A DNA stretch of 64,000 bases, taken from positions 1,276,057 through 1,340,056 of the forward strand of contig JAAOMT010000703.1 of assembly GCA_016748015.1 (NCBI GenBank), given 5' to 3'. Shown piece after piece: positions 1-14,000 of this stretch. Below the pieces are notes generated by a model that saw nothing but the letters and a program-made list of their open reading frames with translations, did not search any database and was not told the origin of the DNA. Each line of letters begins with the position of its first letter. Position 1 is the stretch's first letter. The DNA comes from Geosiphon pyriformis uo1. Its lineage: Eukaryota; Fungi; Glomeromycota. A program made the translations under genes and the position numbers.

Positions 1-3000
1 TTTTACTAAAATTTATTACTATAAAACACTGTTTATAGTATTCAAAACTTATTGATCAGAAAATAAAAAATTAAATAATACTTATAGATATTATACAGGT
101 AAAAAAATATTTTACAAGATATTTCACATTCTTTATAATAAATTTAGCTTGTTAAAAAACAATTGAACACAAATTATGTATTACAATTTCAAAGCTAAAT
201 AATTTAATAATTTAATAATTTTATAATAATATTTATTATTTTTATTATTTTTATATATATATTTATTGAATTTATAATGAATAAATAGCAAATAAAAATT
301 AAAGTATACACTTTTTCTGGCAAAATAAATGAAAAAACCTAGAATAAAATTGAATTTTATTAATTCAAAAGCTATTTAAATGTTATAAAATTTTAAATAA
401 AATAGATAAATTGAAGAAAAATTTACTTTTTAATTTTTGTGATCATAATACAGATAATAATAATTATATTATTAATAAAAGTTATGAAAATAAAAAACAT
501 ATATTAATAATTAAAAAAACTAAATATGTAATAATAAATTTATTAACTACTCAAATTTTAATTAATTTTTTAAAATAATATAATGTATTTTATATTAATT
601 ATAAAAAATACTATAATAAATATTATAGACAATATTTTACAAAAATAAACAAACCAAAATTAGCCAATTTAGAATTATTAAAAAACATTGGTTTTTTATA
701 TATTTTAATTAATATATATATATCTTTTTTTTCTTATTTTTATGATTACATTTAAAATAAAAAGTAAAAAAGTTACAAACACCATAATATTTAAAATTAC
801 TGAAAATATTTTTATTAAAATTGCACTTATAGCTACAAAAACTATTCAATAGCACTTTGTAAAAATGTTTTTCTTAAATAATATTATAATAAACCAGTTT
901 TTTACTGGTATTAAAGCACTTTTTTTAAAAATAATATATTAAAGATAGTTTTAATAAAGTCTATTATCTTAAAAAACTTTAAGGCTTTTAATTTTAAGCC
1001 AATAGCCCAGTTTTTGTTTTTTTTGTTATTCTTTTTTTAACTGCTAAATGATAATTAATTGCTTGAATTGGTATTTGGTTTTGTCATTTAATATGTTAAA
1101 TTTCAATTAATTTTTGCTGGTTTTAAAAGTTAAACGAATTATGTCTTTATATATAATTTTAAATAATTAATTTTAAAGATTAAATTGATTAAATAGACAC
1201 TTAAATACTTTTTTTTCTTTGTATTTTAAAAATATCATTTTTGGTAATATTTAAAAAATATATACAATTATTAAAAATCTTCTAAATAAGTACTCTTTAT
1301 TTTAATATTTAATAAGATTACAAAGGCCAAATTGTTTTATATTAAAACTGCTTTTTAGTTTATATATAATATTTTTGGTTTGAAATTAACTATTAAGAAT
1401 AATATTAAGCTTTTTTGTATAAAGTTTATATTTTAAACATTTTTAAATACTATTATATAAATTAAGTTTATTGATTACTTTTTTTTTACTTTTAATATTG
1501 TTAAATCTTTTGTGTTTTTTGTTTTTGATTTTGTTTCTATTATTATTGTTTTTTATAAAATTATTTATAATTATTATAAACAATATTAAAAGTACTATAA
1601 ATGTTTTTAGTAAAGTTTTTAATATTAAATTAAAGTTTGTTAACCAGTAATAATACAGCATTATAATTTTCAGATTATATATGGTTTCGATACTATTTTG
1701 GTTAATTAATTAGTTTTGTAAAAAAAAAAGTATTAAAATATATATTTTTTTATTAAAAACAGAAAATTGTTTTAAAAAATACTTTTAAGACTAAGTTAGT
1801 AAATTTGAGATTAACAAGCTAGTTTTTTAAGTATGTAGTTGTATTTGCTTTATTTTTTAATTTTCTAATTTTGTGATTAAAATATATTATTATTATTATT
1901 AATTCTTATAAAGACCTATATATTGTTATTATTTAAACTATTACTTAAAAAAAATTATATTTGGTAAAAAACTTCTGATTGTTTTAAATATTAATTTTTA
2001 GATTATATAATTTTAAATTGTAAAATAATTTTACTTTTTTCTTTTAAACTTTGTTGAAATTTGTAATTGGTTCTAAAGTTTTTATAAATGATTTTTTAAA
2101 AGCTTTAAATGCTTAATATTAAATTAAATACAAATAAAATTGTTGTATAATTAGCTAGTTTAATTCTTGATAATAATAATTTAGTTGTAATTATGCATAA
2201 AATAGCTGTATTAAATAAATTTGTTTTAGTAAATTTAATTTAGCTTAGCTTGAATTAGCTTGATTAATAAGTCATATATAAAAAACAGAGAAATTATGAT
2301 TATTTATAAAATTTTAAATTTTATATTATAATTATTAATTAGAATACGCTTTATTAAAACAATAAAAAATAAAAAAATATAATATAATTTCAATAATTTT
2401 TATTTTATTTTTATTTTAAAAAGTTAAACTATAAATTTGGTTTATGTTTTTATTACATATAACTAACTATTTAATCTAAGTTAATAATTAATTAATTATT
2501 TTTTAAATTAAAGATATTTAATGTTTTAATTTTATTAGGTAGTTTTTAAATATCTGTTAATTATAAATATGCTTTTGTATTTATTTTTTTTGTTGCATTT
2601 ACATATTATATAATTTTTTATAACTAATTATAATTAAAAATTTATCTTTAAAATTACAAAAACTAATAATATTAAAATAAGTCTTTTTTTATTCCTAAAT
2701 TGTTTACAACTTTTAAGCAAAGTTTTAATTATTTTAAAGATATGTTTAATGTTAATTTTTAAAAAAATAAAATACTATTTCACATTTATAGCTGGATTTA
2801 TTTGAACAACCACAAAGAAAATAATTAAGTTTACCGAAAAATTAAGCTTTATAACAATAAAATTAACTAATTTTGATAAAATTTACAATTTAGAGTTAAG
2901 CAGACATGTTTTAAACTCATATATTTTATTAGAAAAACTACAAAAAAAAATAAAAACCGCAGCTTTAACATAAAACACCAAACCAAAAAACTAAATTAAT

Positions 3001-4100
3001 AAAAACTTTAAATGCAACAAAAAACTTGAAAAAACTGTTCTAAAAAACCAAGAAAACAAATTTACAATTAGAAACCAAATAATTTAATCTTTAATATTTA
3101 GAAATTTTTCAACAAATATAATTTTTATATAAAATACTGGTTTTAATAACTGTTTTATTAAAACGGTTTTTAAACTTAAAAGTAATTATAACAAACTATT
3201 AACAATAATTAGTATTAAAAACAAAAATTAAAATAAATTTGATTAATAGTTAAAAAACCAAATTACTAATTTCAAAAGCCATATAACCCAAAAATTAGGT
3301 TTAAATACATTTTAAGAAGCAATAATCTCTTTTTAATTAAGAAAAAATTCTAATAATATTTTTTATTATTAAAACTAATTAACAAGCAAAAACAGTTTTA
3401 ATAATAACCATAATAAGTTTTGCAAAAGAACACTTATTTAAAACAGCCATCTTTTGGAAAGAACTTAAATTGTCAAATAATATACTGTTACAAATATGCA
3501 GACTTTAGCTTAATTTTTAAAAATATTTAAAGCATTTATAATTTTGTTAAAAAAACATTCAACAAGATATTATATAAAGCCACAGCGGCAAGAGCAAAAA
3601 CAAAAACAAATATTAAAAAAGATTTTACAATTTTAAAATAAAAAAAATTAGCAAGTATAATTTGAACAGGAGTATTCAAAAAGACTTAAAATACAAATTT
3701 TATTCAAAAAAGTTTAATATTGTCTTTAATAACCAACTTTAAATTAATAAAATTATACAGAAACTAGAAAACAATTTTAACAAAAGCCAATATAAAATTT
3801 GCATTTTTACAAAACATTATAATAGAGACTATTTAGACAAAAATTTTGATAATTTATAATTGTTTTTCAAATACCACCAAAACCAAATATATTTTAAAAA
3901 ACAAAAAAAGAGTGCTTCAGTTTTTATTTTTTTTAGTCTAATCTTTGAAATCAGATAACTTAATGTAATAATTAAATTATATAAAAGTAACTTATTTTGT
4001 TTTAAAAATGTTAATAATCAATTAAAATTCAACTTATCAAGCAATTTACTTATGTGCTTTAAGCACTTTTTCATTGTTCTTTATAATTAAGATTAGAGTG
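1..4100. other. Extremely AT-rich, C/G-depleted DNA; probably relics of old transposable elements
   Basis: No credible ORFs. Texture matches the eroded TE copies later in the window. The minus strand near 1780-1860 reads KANTTTYL, loosely gag-like. Family cannot be assigned. Confidence 0.3.
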
Positions 4101-7054
4101 TAAATTGAATTGAATTAAAATAAAGATGGCTATTAAGTTAAATAAACAAATTAATATTTTTTATTAGCTTTTCGCAATTCTTTTACATGTTTTTCTCATT
4201 AATTAAATATTAAACTCCTTGTTTCCGAATTTTCATCATGGTCAGCATTAGAGGCAATTCGATATATTGGTATTTCAACACTTTTCAATAAGCCTACTAA
4301 TACAAAGTAAAATGGGAAAATTTACCATCTAGAATAATAAATAATCATGAAAGGATGACTTTCTTGTTTTCAATTCGCCTAATAACATTTTTAAGATAAA
4401 AATTTAAATTTAAACTCTAATTAGTGATAAAAAGACCAAATTTAAATAAAATTTGAGGTATTAATAATTTAAAATTTTATAAAGAATCAATCTATAAAAG
4501 CTAAATCATAATTTGAATATCTAATATTTAACATTCTTTCAAATTAAAATAATAGATATATTTATTAATTGTAAAACAATATTAAAAAAGGAAAAAAATA
4601 GCAAATGCAAAATCAGTCAAATAAGAATATTTGAAAATAATTAATAGATCATTTTGAAATTTTTGATTAATTAATAAACAATATTGAAATTAGGTTTTTA
4701 CAATATATAAAACACATGTACTTTGTTTTTTCTGTTATAAGATTTTAATTTTCAATTTTTTTAGAAATTATATTTTTTCAAAGTTTTCAATTAAAAAAGT
4801 TATTTAAAAAAATTATACTGTAAAATGTTATTCATATTATTAAATTTTATTAAATTTATAATTAAATAAAAAAACAAGTTTTATTTTATTTTAAAAAATA
4901 TTACGAATTATTAAATCAAACTATTATTTTCTTTTAAACATAAATATTTTAGTTTATTTTATTTTGACAAATTAAATATATTCAAAAGCGAAATTAGCCT
5001 AATCAATTTGATAAAAAAGATATTCGCATATTTAAAATTAAACAAAAATAAAAAACAACTATCTGTTTTTAGTTTTAAACAAACTATTATAACAAAAAAT
5101 TATTATTTCAACAAAAATGCTTATAAATCAAAAATATTTATTTTTAAAAATAAACTTTTTTAATATTTAGTAAGTCTAACATAATTATAGAACTGTGTTA
5201 TTTTTTATTGCCAATTATAAAATATATCTTTTTTATTAAATTTTTTCAAAAATATTAACAATTTGGATTTTTAAACTATTAATTATATGAATACTTTTAA
5301 AAATATTTTTGATTTTGTTTGTAAAATAATTTATTTTCCTTTAATATTATTTATTTATTTTTAAATTTTCCATTTTTATGTTTAAATTTTTTTATTGCTG
5401 TTTGTGTAAACAAGCTATTAACAGCTTAAAATATGATTTAAAATTTAAAATAGAGATTTTGGGTAATAATTATTTTATTTAAAATATTTATATAAATCGT
5501 GATATTTTTAAGTAATTCTTTAATGTTTTCAACCAATTTTGATAAAAAATAAAAGTGTTGTTACTCAAAATATTCAAAAAATGCTTATAAAAAATTAAAT
5601 AGTTTTAAAACCATTTATTTGTTATTTCTTAAAAAAATTACTTTAAAAGTTTTGGCTTTACTCTATTTATAAATTTAATTTCAATTTATTTTAATTTTTT
5701 TTATGGTAATTATATATAGTTTTTTTGGTTTCTTGTGAACTGTTTTCTGAATTAAAATGCCTTTTTTAAAAGTAAATCACAATTAGTGCTAAAATTTTCT
5801 AATTTTTTCGATTAAAAAATAGCTTGTAATAAACTTTTATTGTATATAAAATTTTTAACTAAAATTTTATTCAAAAATCTGTTAATAAAATATTAATTTT
5901 TATAAATAAAAATTATGGTTGTATTTGACCCTATTTACAAACAAGTAGATCTAGCAATTTAATACCATATATTATTTTAATTTTTATTATAGAACTTTTA
6001 TCTTTTATCAAAAGAAAAAAAAGAATTCAGAATATCTGCCAACTGTTTTTTAATAGTTTTATTAAAGCTAAAAAATTCAAAAAAGTTGAATCCCAAAAAT
6101 AAAAATAGATTAAATCTTAAATGTTTGTAATTTTTGCAAAAATAATAAAACTTCTTTGAAATTTTGTTGATATTTGAGTTTTTAATATCAAAATATTCAG
6201 TCTTTTTGACTTCAAAATTGAAGTATAGCAAACAAGTGTAAGTTAATATTTTTACTTAGATGAAATAAATGAATATTATTAATTAGTCTTAAAAAATTAT
6301 AATATTTGCCTCTAATTAATTACAATTGAAAATTACTGTATATTATTTACAATACTTTTTTAAGTAATTTTTGTTGTTAAAACTGTATATAATAGAAGTA
6401 AAATATGTAAATAATATTTTAATTTGTCAAAAATTTTCTATAAAACGATTAAGTATAACTTCTTGAATGTTTAATCAATTCAAGAATTTTACCACCGGAA
6501 TTTTAAATATATAATTGAAAATACTACTTTTGTTAAAAAAAAATATCGAATTATTATACTGCCATACATATTGTAATATGTAATTCAACAAGATTAAAAA
6601 CAACTTTACTTGAAATAAAATTTTTAACAAGTAATAACAAAAAAACAATATTAAACAGCTTATATTACTTTGTACAAAAATAATTCTTTTTTTAAGGAAG
6701 CTTTATACTCAATATTAATATAAATTTTGTGTAAAAAGAGATGATCAATTATTAATAATCTTTTAAACAAGCATTATTGTATTAATTAACAATTTTTAAA
6801 GTATTATTTATTGTAAGTTTAATAAAAAGATAAAACAATTTTACTAGCATATTATTTTTTACATTTAAATTAAAAATTTTGATAAGTGCATTTAGAAAAA
6901 TACAAAATATTATTTTACTTATGTGTTTTTATATTATTAATAAAAACAAAAAATCTTGATATAAGAGCTTTTTATTATTTTTTTAACAGTTTTCAACTTT
7001 TAATAATTATTTATCTATGATTTATTACATATATTAGCCATCTTATTTTTAGAT

Positions 7055-7122
7055 TTAATTATTAATATAATTATTAAATTAATTATTAATCTGATTATTA
7101 AATTAATTATTAATCTGATTAT
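7055..7122. repeat. Tandem repeat, ~24-bp unit (aattaattattaatctgattatta), ~3 copies
   Basis: Directly visible repeated units. Confidence 0.7.
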
Positions 7123-7900
7123 GAATTTGCTTATTTGTTTTTTTGAAAGATATATAAACAACACTCTATAAAACTGTAAAAACAATATTAGTTATATATT
7201 TGCTGAAATCAATTATTTGAACACAATAATTCAAATTTCTTCCTATATTTTTTAATCTAAAAGAGCATAATTTTTTTTTTAATTTGAATTTGTGTTAAGC
7301 TTTTGAAAAATGTAATTAAATAAATAATTACTGAAAATACAAACAATATCTGTTACCAAATTTTAAAAGCACTAATTAAGACATAAAATTATATTAATTA
7401 TGTTATCTTTTGTTAACAATACAGATGATTTTTTTATTTTTTAAACTCTTTTGAAATATAATGACTGAGATATTTATAAAACAATTTTACATATTCAATT
7501 TATACATATTTAATCTATTTTTTTATTGAAATTTCTTTTTAATTATTTTTTTATCATATAATACTTGTTTTTTGCTATTAATTAATATGCTCCAATTTGT
7601 GAAGTTTTTAAATTTTAATTCATTCACTATTGTATGAATAATTACTTTTTTTTGCCAAATTTGCATTATTGTTATAAACTTAATCATATCTACAAAATGT
7701 AAACAAAAATGCAATACTTTTTCTAAATTTTGTAGAAGTAGAATCTCACCAGATTTAAATAAAATTTTATATTTCAATTATGTTTTTAATTTTGCATTAT
7801 TTATTTGTGAAATTTCGATTATTTTATTGTGAGATTAAATTTGTGATAAAGATTTAAAATTTTGTATTAGATTTCAAATTTAAAATAAGGAACTTATATG

Positions 7901-7939
7901 AGATCATCTGTCGATCACTTTTTACATGTAGTATAAAAG
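7901..7939 (+). promoter_or_regulatory. Putative promoter of the BTB gene: paired GATC motifs followed by a TATAAAAG box
   Basis: agatcatctgtcgatca at 7901-7917 and tataaaag at 7932-7939, about 80-120 bp upstream of ATG 8021. Confidence 0.3.
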
Positions 7940-8020
7940 TCAGTGCTGATTTGATTTTGTGAAAAATATACACTGCAGATTGAAATATTAATATTTCAAA
8001 GCTTTTTAGATATTTTACAA

Positions 8021-9518
8021 ATGTCGTCCCAACAACACTTTCACTCTTTATCCAATGATTTTGGGAATCTATTTGACAGTCAAAAGTTCTCTGATGTTAG
8101 AATTATAGTTGGCGAAGCGCCTAATATTAGAACTTTTCACGCTCATTCGCAAATTTTAGCAGCAAGATCACCCTATTTTGCTGTAGCACTCTCTAATAAT
8201 TGGATTAAAAGGGAAAATAATACTATTATCTTCGCTAAACCTAATATCTCCTAATATTTTTGAGATAATTCTCAGGTAAGGGTTTTCATTTGCTTTAAAG
8301 TATTTTGGGCAACATAAATTCATATGTTTTATTTTCCTGCACAGATATATTTATAATGGCGAGATTTCTCTTGATAAACATGGAGTAACTACCATTTTAG
8401 AATTGCTCGTTATCGCTGACGAGCTTATTCTAGAAAACTTTATTGATCCCCTTGAAGAATATTTGATTGAACACCATGCAAAAGAGCTAGAAGAAAATTT
8501 CGCCACTTTGCAGACAACTTCATTTATGCATGATTCTTTCAAAAAGTTACAAAATTTCTGCGCCGAAATAGCTGCTAAAAATCCAGCTATAGTCTTCAAC
8601 TCACAAGATTTTATCTCCCTTAATGAAAATGCACTTTCCTCAATTTTAACCCGAGATGACCTAAATATAGAAGAATCTGAAATATGGGAAAAGATTGTGG
8701 AATGGGGAGTTGCTAAATTGGATAACAATATTCAGATGAAAAACGTTTTTAACTGGACAGATGAAAACTTTAACGCCTTTAAGGAATCTATTGAAAGACT
8801 TTTACCTTTAATCCGCTTCTTTAACATATCTTCAGTTGACTTCTATCACAAAGTAAAACCATTTGCGAGAATTTTACCTGGAACTTTATATGAAGATCTT
8901 TTACATCATTATCTCGTACCGGGTAGCCATCAAAAGTCCATAGACGCTCAGCCAATGCGTTTTTCTCGATCAAATATTGATTCAAAACTTCTTCGATCGC
9001 ATAATATAAGACAGCTTGATCATTGGATTCAAGGCAAAGATGAAAATACTCCTTTTGAAAATCAACTTGGAAATGATTTCCAATTGTTACTTCGAGGCAG
9101 TCGAGACGGATTCACTCCAGCCGATTTTCATCGATTATGCGATAATAAAGGAGCCACAGTAAGCGTAATAAAAGTGAAAGGAACTGGTCAGCTAATTGGC
9201 GGCTATAACCCACAATCTTGGCACTCTATGAATAAATGGTTGGAGGGAATAAGAAGTTTTATTTTTTCCCTTGGAGATGGCAAAGCTGGAAATGCTAAAC
9301 TTAGCAAATTTGTTGGAAAGTATGGACCTTATGATGGGCTAAATAACGGACCCCAATTTAGTTTTGATATTCGTGTGTGTAGCAAAGATTTCAAAAATAG
9401 TCCAGAGTGCTATTGTCAAAAGACAGATTATGAGCATGCTATAATGCCTGGATCAGAAAAGGGACGGGTGAATTTCCTTTTCGAGGAGTATGAAGTTTTT
9501 CAAATTATAAAAAGATAA
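8021..9518 (+). pseudogene. BTB/POZ-BACK-TLDc protein gene, 2 exons (8021-8275, 8345-9518), with an apparent 2-bp frameshift at ~8250 (pseudogene or sequence error)
   Basis: BTB motifs FSDVRIIVG..FHAHSQILAARSPYF; BACK motif LTRDDLNIEESEIWEKIVEWG; TLDc motifs LLLRGSRDGF..FHRLCDNKGATV..IGGYNP..SFIFS..GPQF..EEYEVFQI. Intron gtaagg..cacag at 8276-8344. Restoring 2 nt gives the family-typical KPNISPNIFEIILR|YIYNG. Confidence 0.9.
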
Positions 9519-9774
9519 ATATGTTATTATCTAATTTGATCATACATATTGTGAAGACTGCACTGGCAGAATATTATATAGCTACTATTTAAACCCCACA
9601 ATAAAGTTAAAAAAATATTTTAACATCAAAAAACCTTTAGAACTTATAATAAAAGTAATCTCTAAAGTTTAGGTCTTTATTTCAGGCTAAAACCATAAAA
9701 CGCTTGTTAGCTGAATGGAATTAGAAATACAACTTTAAAATTATAATTTTAGATATTTTTTTTTACTAGAAATA

Positions 9775-11047
9775 CACTGGTAAGAAAAAAATTGGAAAAA
9801 TATGAATCTACTAAGATTGCGTTTGGTTTAACCATTTTTGGTAAGTTTTGTGACGATAAAAATAGAAACAGAATATTAGGTAAGTGGCTGAGCTCTAAAA
9901 ACATTTTCTTGCGTATTAACTAATATATTTTTTTAAAACTTGTCTTTGAAATGCTGACTTCAAAGCAAGAAACACAACGGCAAGTCGTATTACATTTTTG
10001 GAAACAAGGAATATGAAAGGCGAAAGAAATACAGAATAAAATGAATATACCCCTTTCTACAATCTATAATATCCTCGAAAAATTCAAAAAAAAGGAACAA
10101 TAAAGCATGCGAATGGTAATGGTCAGCCAAAAAAGATTACGGGAAATTCTTCGAAAGTATTAGGGCAGAATATTCATAAAGATTCCTTAGTTTTGTCTAG
10201 ATATTTAGCAATAAAGCTGGCTAAGAAGGGAATAAATGTTTCTCATGTTACAATTCAAAACCATTTATCCAACCTTAATTATAAAAAAAGTCTTCCTAGA
10301 GCAATTCCAATGCTGACCAAAGAACATAAGCAAAAATGTGTAGAATGGGCCAAAAAACACATGAACGATGATTGGAAAAGAACAGTTTTTACTGACGAAA
10401 CATCTTTTCAACTTTTTCAAAACATGGTAAAGTGTTGGCATAAAAGGTACTCGACCAATTTGTCCTATGCCTAAAGATCGAACAAAAATTCTTGCGTGGG
10501 AGGGTTTCTACGAAAAAGGAAAGATTATTCTGTTTTGTTCAAATAATAAATGCTCAATTTTATATAAATATTCTTCGTAACCACTTACCTGAAATTAGAG
10601 CAATGCTGGGGGATAATTGGCGATTCCAACAAGATAATGACCCCAAGCATACTAGCAAGCTTGCCAAAGAGTTTATTGCTGAGAATACAACTGATTTGTT
10701 GGGGTGGCCATCTAATAGGCCCGACTTAAACCCAATAAAAAACCTTTGGGCTATTGTTAAAAAGAATGTAGAAAAAAGAATGCCTCAAAATCATAGTGAA
10801 TTAGAGAGATTTATGGGGCAAGAGTGGCAAAATATTCTTGAATCTACCTTAATTGGGTTAGTAGGATCAATGAGGCGGCGTTGTGAAATGATAATTGAGA
10901 CAAATGGTGAAAGAATTTTCTATTAATTTTTTTTAATAAAATTATATGGTATTTGACTTTCTAATAAAAGTTGTTTTATGTAATTTGATATATTGGTTAA
11001 GACATAGTAATTATTTTTATATTTCCAATTATTTTCTTACCAGACTG
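9775..11047 (+). mobile_element. Tc1-like DNA transposon (DD34E class), full length, inactive
   Basis: TA on both sides (9773-74, 11048-49). TIRs ca--ctggtaagaaaaaaattggaaa versus reverse-complemented right end cagtctggtaagaaaataattggaaa. Internal transposase. Confidence 0.92.
9951..10926 (+). pseudogene. Tc1 transposase pseudogene
   Basis: ATG at 9951, HTH-like N-terminus, VFTDET, FQQDNDPKH, WPSNRPDLNPIKNLW (34 residues between D and the E position, now K). Early TGA and frameshifts near 10090 and 10440-10510. Confidence 0.9.
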
Positions 11048-14000
11048 TAAAATAAAAATATATACTTTTATAAATGTCTAATGAGGACGTCAAGATTTTC
11101 AATTAAAAAGATGCCTTCAGCTCCGAGACACTAACTTTTTAATAAATAGATTCTTCTAATTAATATTTTAAAAATTGAGATATTTCTCAGTAAGCTCGAA
11201 ATACCTAGTTTTTTTTATTTAACCTTATATTTTCCACTGTTCCCTTTAGAATTTTCAGTTTGCATTTGAAAAAGATTTTTTTGATTCAAGCTTAATAAAA
11301 AATGAATAATGTATTTTTGATATTTTTTAATTAATTTATTAATAAGTCAAAAATGCGATTAAATGCTTTTGGAATTTATATTCATTGTTTAAAATAATAC
11401 AAATGTTTATACCTGAAATTCAATTCTTTATTTTAATCTTCTAAAACAAATTTTAAAGATACTTTAATGTTTAAAAGTATATAATTTAATTTTATATAAT
11501 AACATATGTTAAGCATAAACATAAAAATATAAGTCAGTTAGTAAAAAAAGTTCAAAATTAAAAAAGTTTTGATTTGATTATTGAGATTTTTTAACAAGCT
11601 TTATATAACAAAAAGATCCTCATTACAACTATAAAATTGTAGATTTAATAAACAATTTAATTAGAGAAAAACACGCAAATCAAATATTATTTATTATTAA
11701 AAATATGATATATTATATGTTTATTCAATATTAAAATCAAAAAAACAGTCCTTTTATTTTTTTTACCAATACTGTTACCAAATCTTTTAGAATATTAAAT
11801 AATAATATTTTTTTGGTATTTTTTAAAACACTTTGTTGTATTAGAATTTATTGTTTTTTCTGAAAAATAAAAATTTGGTTGGTATTTTAGTACTAATTAT
11901 AATTCTTAAGTTTATTTTGGCATTAAATTGGTAATATATTAAAATTTGGCTATATTGTTTAATAAGAATTATTCTAATCAATTATTTTTAATTATAAAAA
12001 CAAAACAAATTATATCAAATAAGCAGTCTTTTTTTAGTGGCTGGTGTTTTTTAAATGAAAATAACTTATATAAAGATTGCTTTTTAGCTTTTACACAGTT
12101 TTATTGATATTAGATTGGCTATTAAAAACAATATTAGGCTTTTTTATTTGATGTTTGTATTTAAATACTACTACTAAAATAAAACTTGCTAAATTTTTTA
12201 CTAATTTTTAAGATTGTAAAATGTACTGTAGTTTCTGCTTCGGCTGCTATTGTATTTTATAATATTTTATAATATTTTTTTTAATAATATTAAAAATGCT
12301 TTTGGAATATTTAATAAAATTTTTGTTATTAAATTAAAAGTTTGTTAAATTGTTATAATTTAAAAAAACCAGAATATAACTAAGTATTTTGTTTTAAAAA
12401 ACTAAAATATATATTATTTTATATGTAGAATAAGTAAGCTAAAGTTATTTTTGGTTTATAATACAGCATAATGTCAGCTTAATATAAGTCTAAATGGCTG
12501 ATTATGTATTAATACTGCATAATTTATATTTATAGTTGGTTTTTATAACTAAATAAATAGTAAAAGAATCTTATTTTGTTAAAAGCATTTATTTCACATA
12601 AATTAAAATCATTTTAAACTAAGTCATTGGCTTTTCTGAATAGCATTATTATTATTTTTAAAAGATAAGTATCAATAACTAAAATTTTTAAATATGTTTA
12701 AAAAGATTAAATCTTATAAAGTTATAAATTAAAAAAACTTATTTGTTGTTTTTTTAGTATTTTTTATACTAAAATATAAATACAAATTGTTAATAACACT
12801 GCAGCTTCTTTCAAAATTTCTTTGATTGTACAAAAAATACAGTTTTTTAATGATATTAATTAATAAATTTAAGCTTTTTATATAACCAAATTAGAACATA
12901 GTTTGGTCGAATTAATAAATAAAAAAATTAACAGACTAACAAATATTTTGCTATTAAAAAATTATTAAAATTCAAATTTTTTTGCAATAATACTAATTCA
13001 AGTTTAGTTATAATATAATAATAAATATAAATTTACTTAAGAAGTAAAAAATAAAAAAGTATTAAAAATACCAGTTTGATTTTTGAATAAAATAAAAAAC
13101 ATTCAAGACTTAGTTATTATGAAATTAATAATATCTTAATTTTATAATTTACTTAATATAAAAATTGCTATGAATAATGCCAGAAAAATAAAAAATTTTG
13201 GCAAGCAAAATAGCATCATAAAATGATACATGAAAAATATTCACATAATTTTTATTATTATAAAACTAAGTTGAAAAAATTCATAAGTTTTAAGATATTA
13301 AATTTTTACATACAAAAATAAAAGCTTCATAAATTCAAAGGTAGCAATTATTATTAAAAAACATGTTAATAAAGTTAAAAAATTTTAAAAATCTTTTGGA
13401 AATTTGTTTGTTGTTTAAAAATAACATTAATATAATAATATTGAATATATATATTAATTGTATTAGTTGGCGATTGGATTTTAATTATTTAATTATCTAT
13501 TTTTAAATGTGTATTACTATTAATTAATAGTGTCAAACGAAATTAGCATTGATCTACAAGTTACATGCAATATCCCAAATTCTTTAAGTCGATAAAATTT
13601 ATATAGTTTCATTAAACTTTGGTAAAAGTTCTGTAAAATGTATCTAATTCAAAAGTACTATTATATAAATTTGTATTAAAAAAAGCTTTTCTTTTCTAAG
13701 AAAAATATCTTAGTTACAATTCAATTTTAAAATAATTAATATTCTGAAATAACCTTTTTAAAATGTAATTTTTTTAATTTTCTAATTATTCTAATAAAAT
13801 AATTAACACTGAACCAATTATTTCTTTCTTTGCTTAAAATTTTTATTGTATGTTAAATTGTAATAATTCTAAAATTCAAAATTAATTGTCAATTAATCTT
13901 TATAAAATAATCTTCAATTTAAACTGAAATTCAAAAATTCAAAATAGCAAATCATAAAACTAGTTTGAAATTAATATTAGAAAAACACATTTTAAATTGA

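Noticed and set aside
1443-7777. Short ORFs 1443-1661, 5998-6231 and 7523-7777
   Set aside because: K/N/I/F/L-only composition expected by chance in AT-rich DNA; no motifs.
8351-8728. 125-aa minus-strand ORF
   Set aside because: Antisense shadow of the BTB-BACK exon.
11780-13400. Possible eroded retroelement fragments
   Set aside because: T/G-skewed texture only; no motif I can align with confidence.
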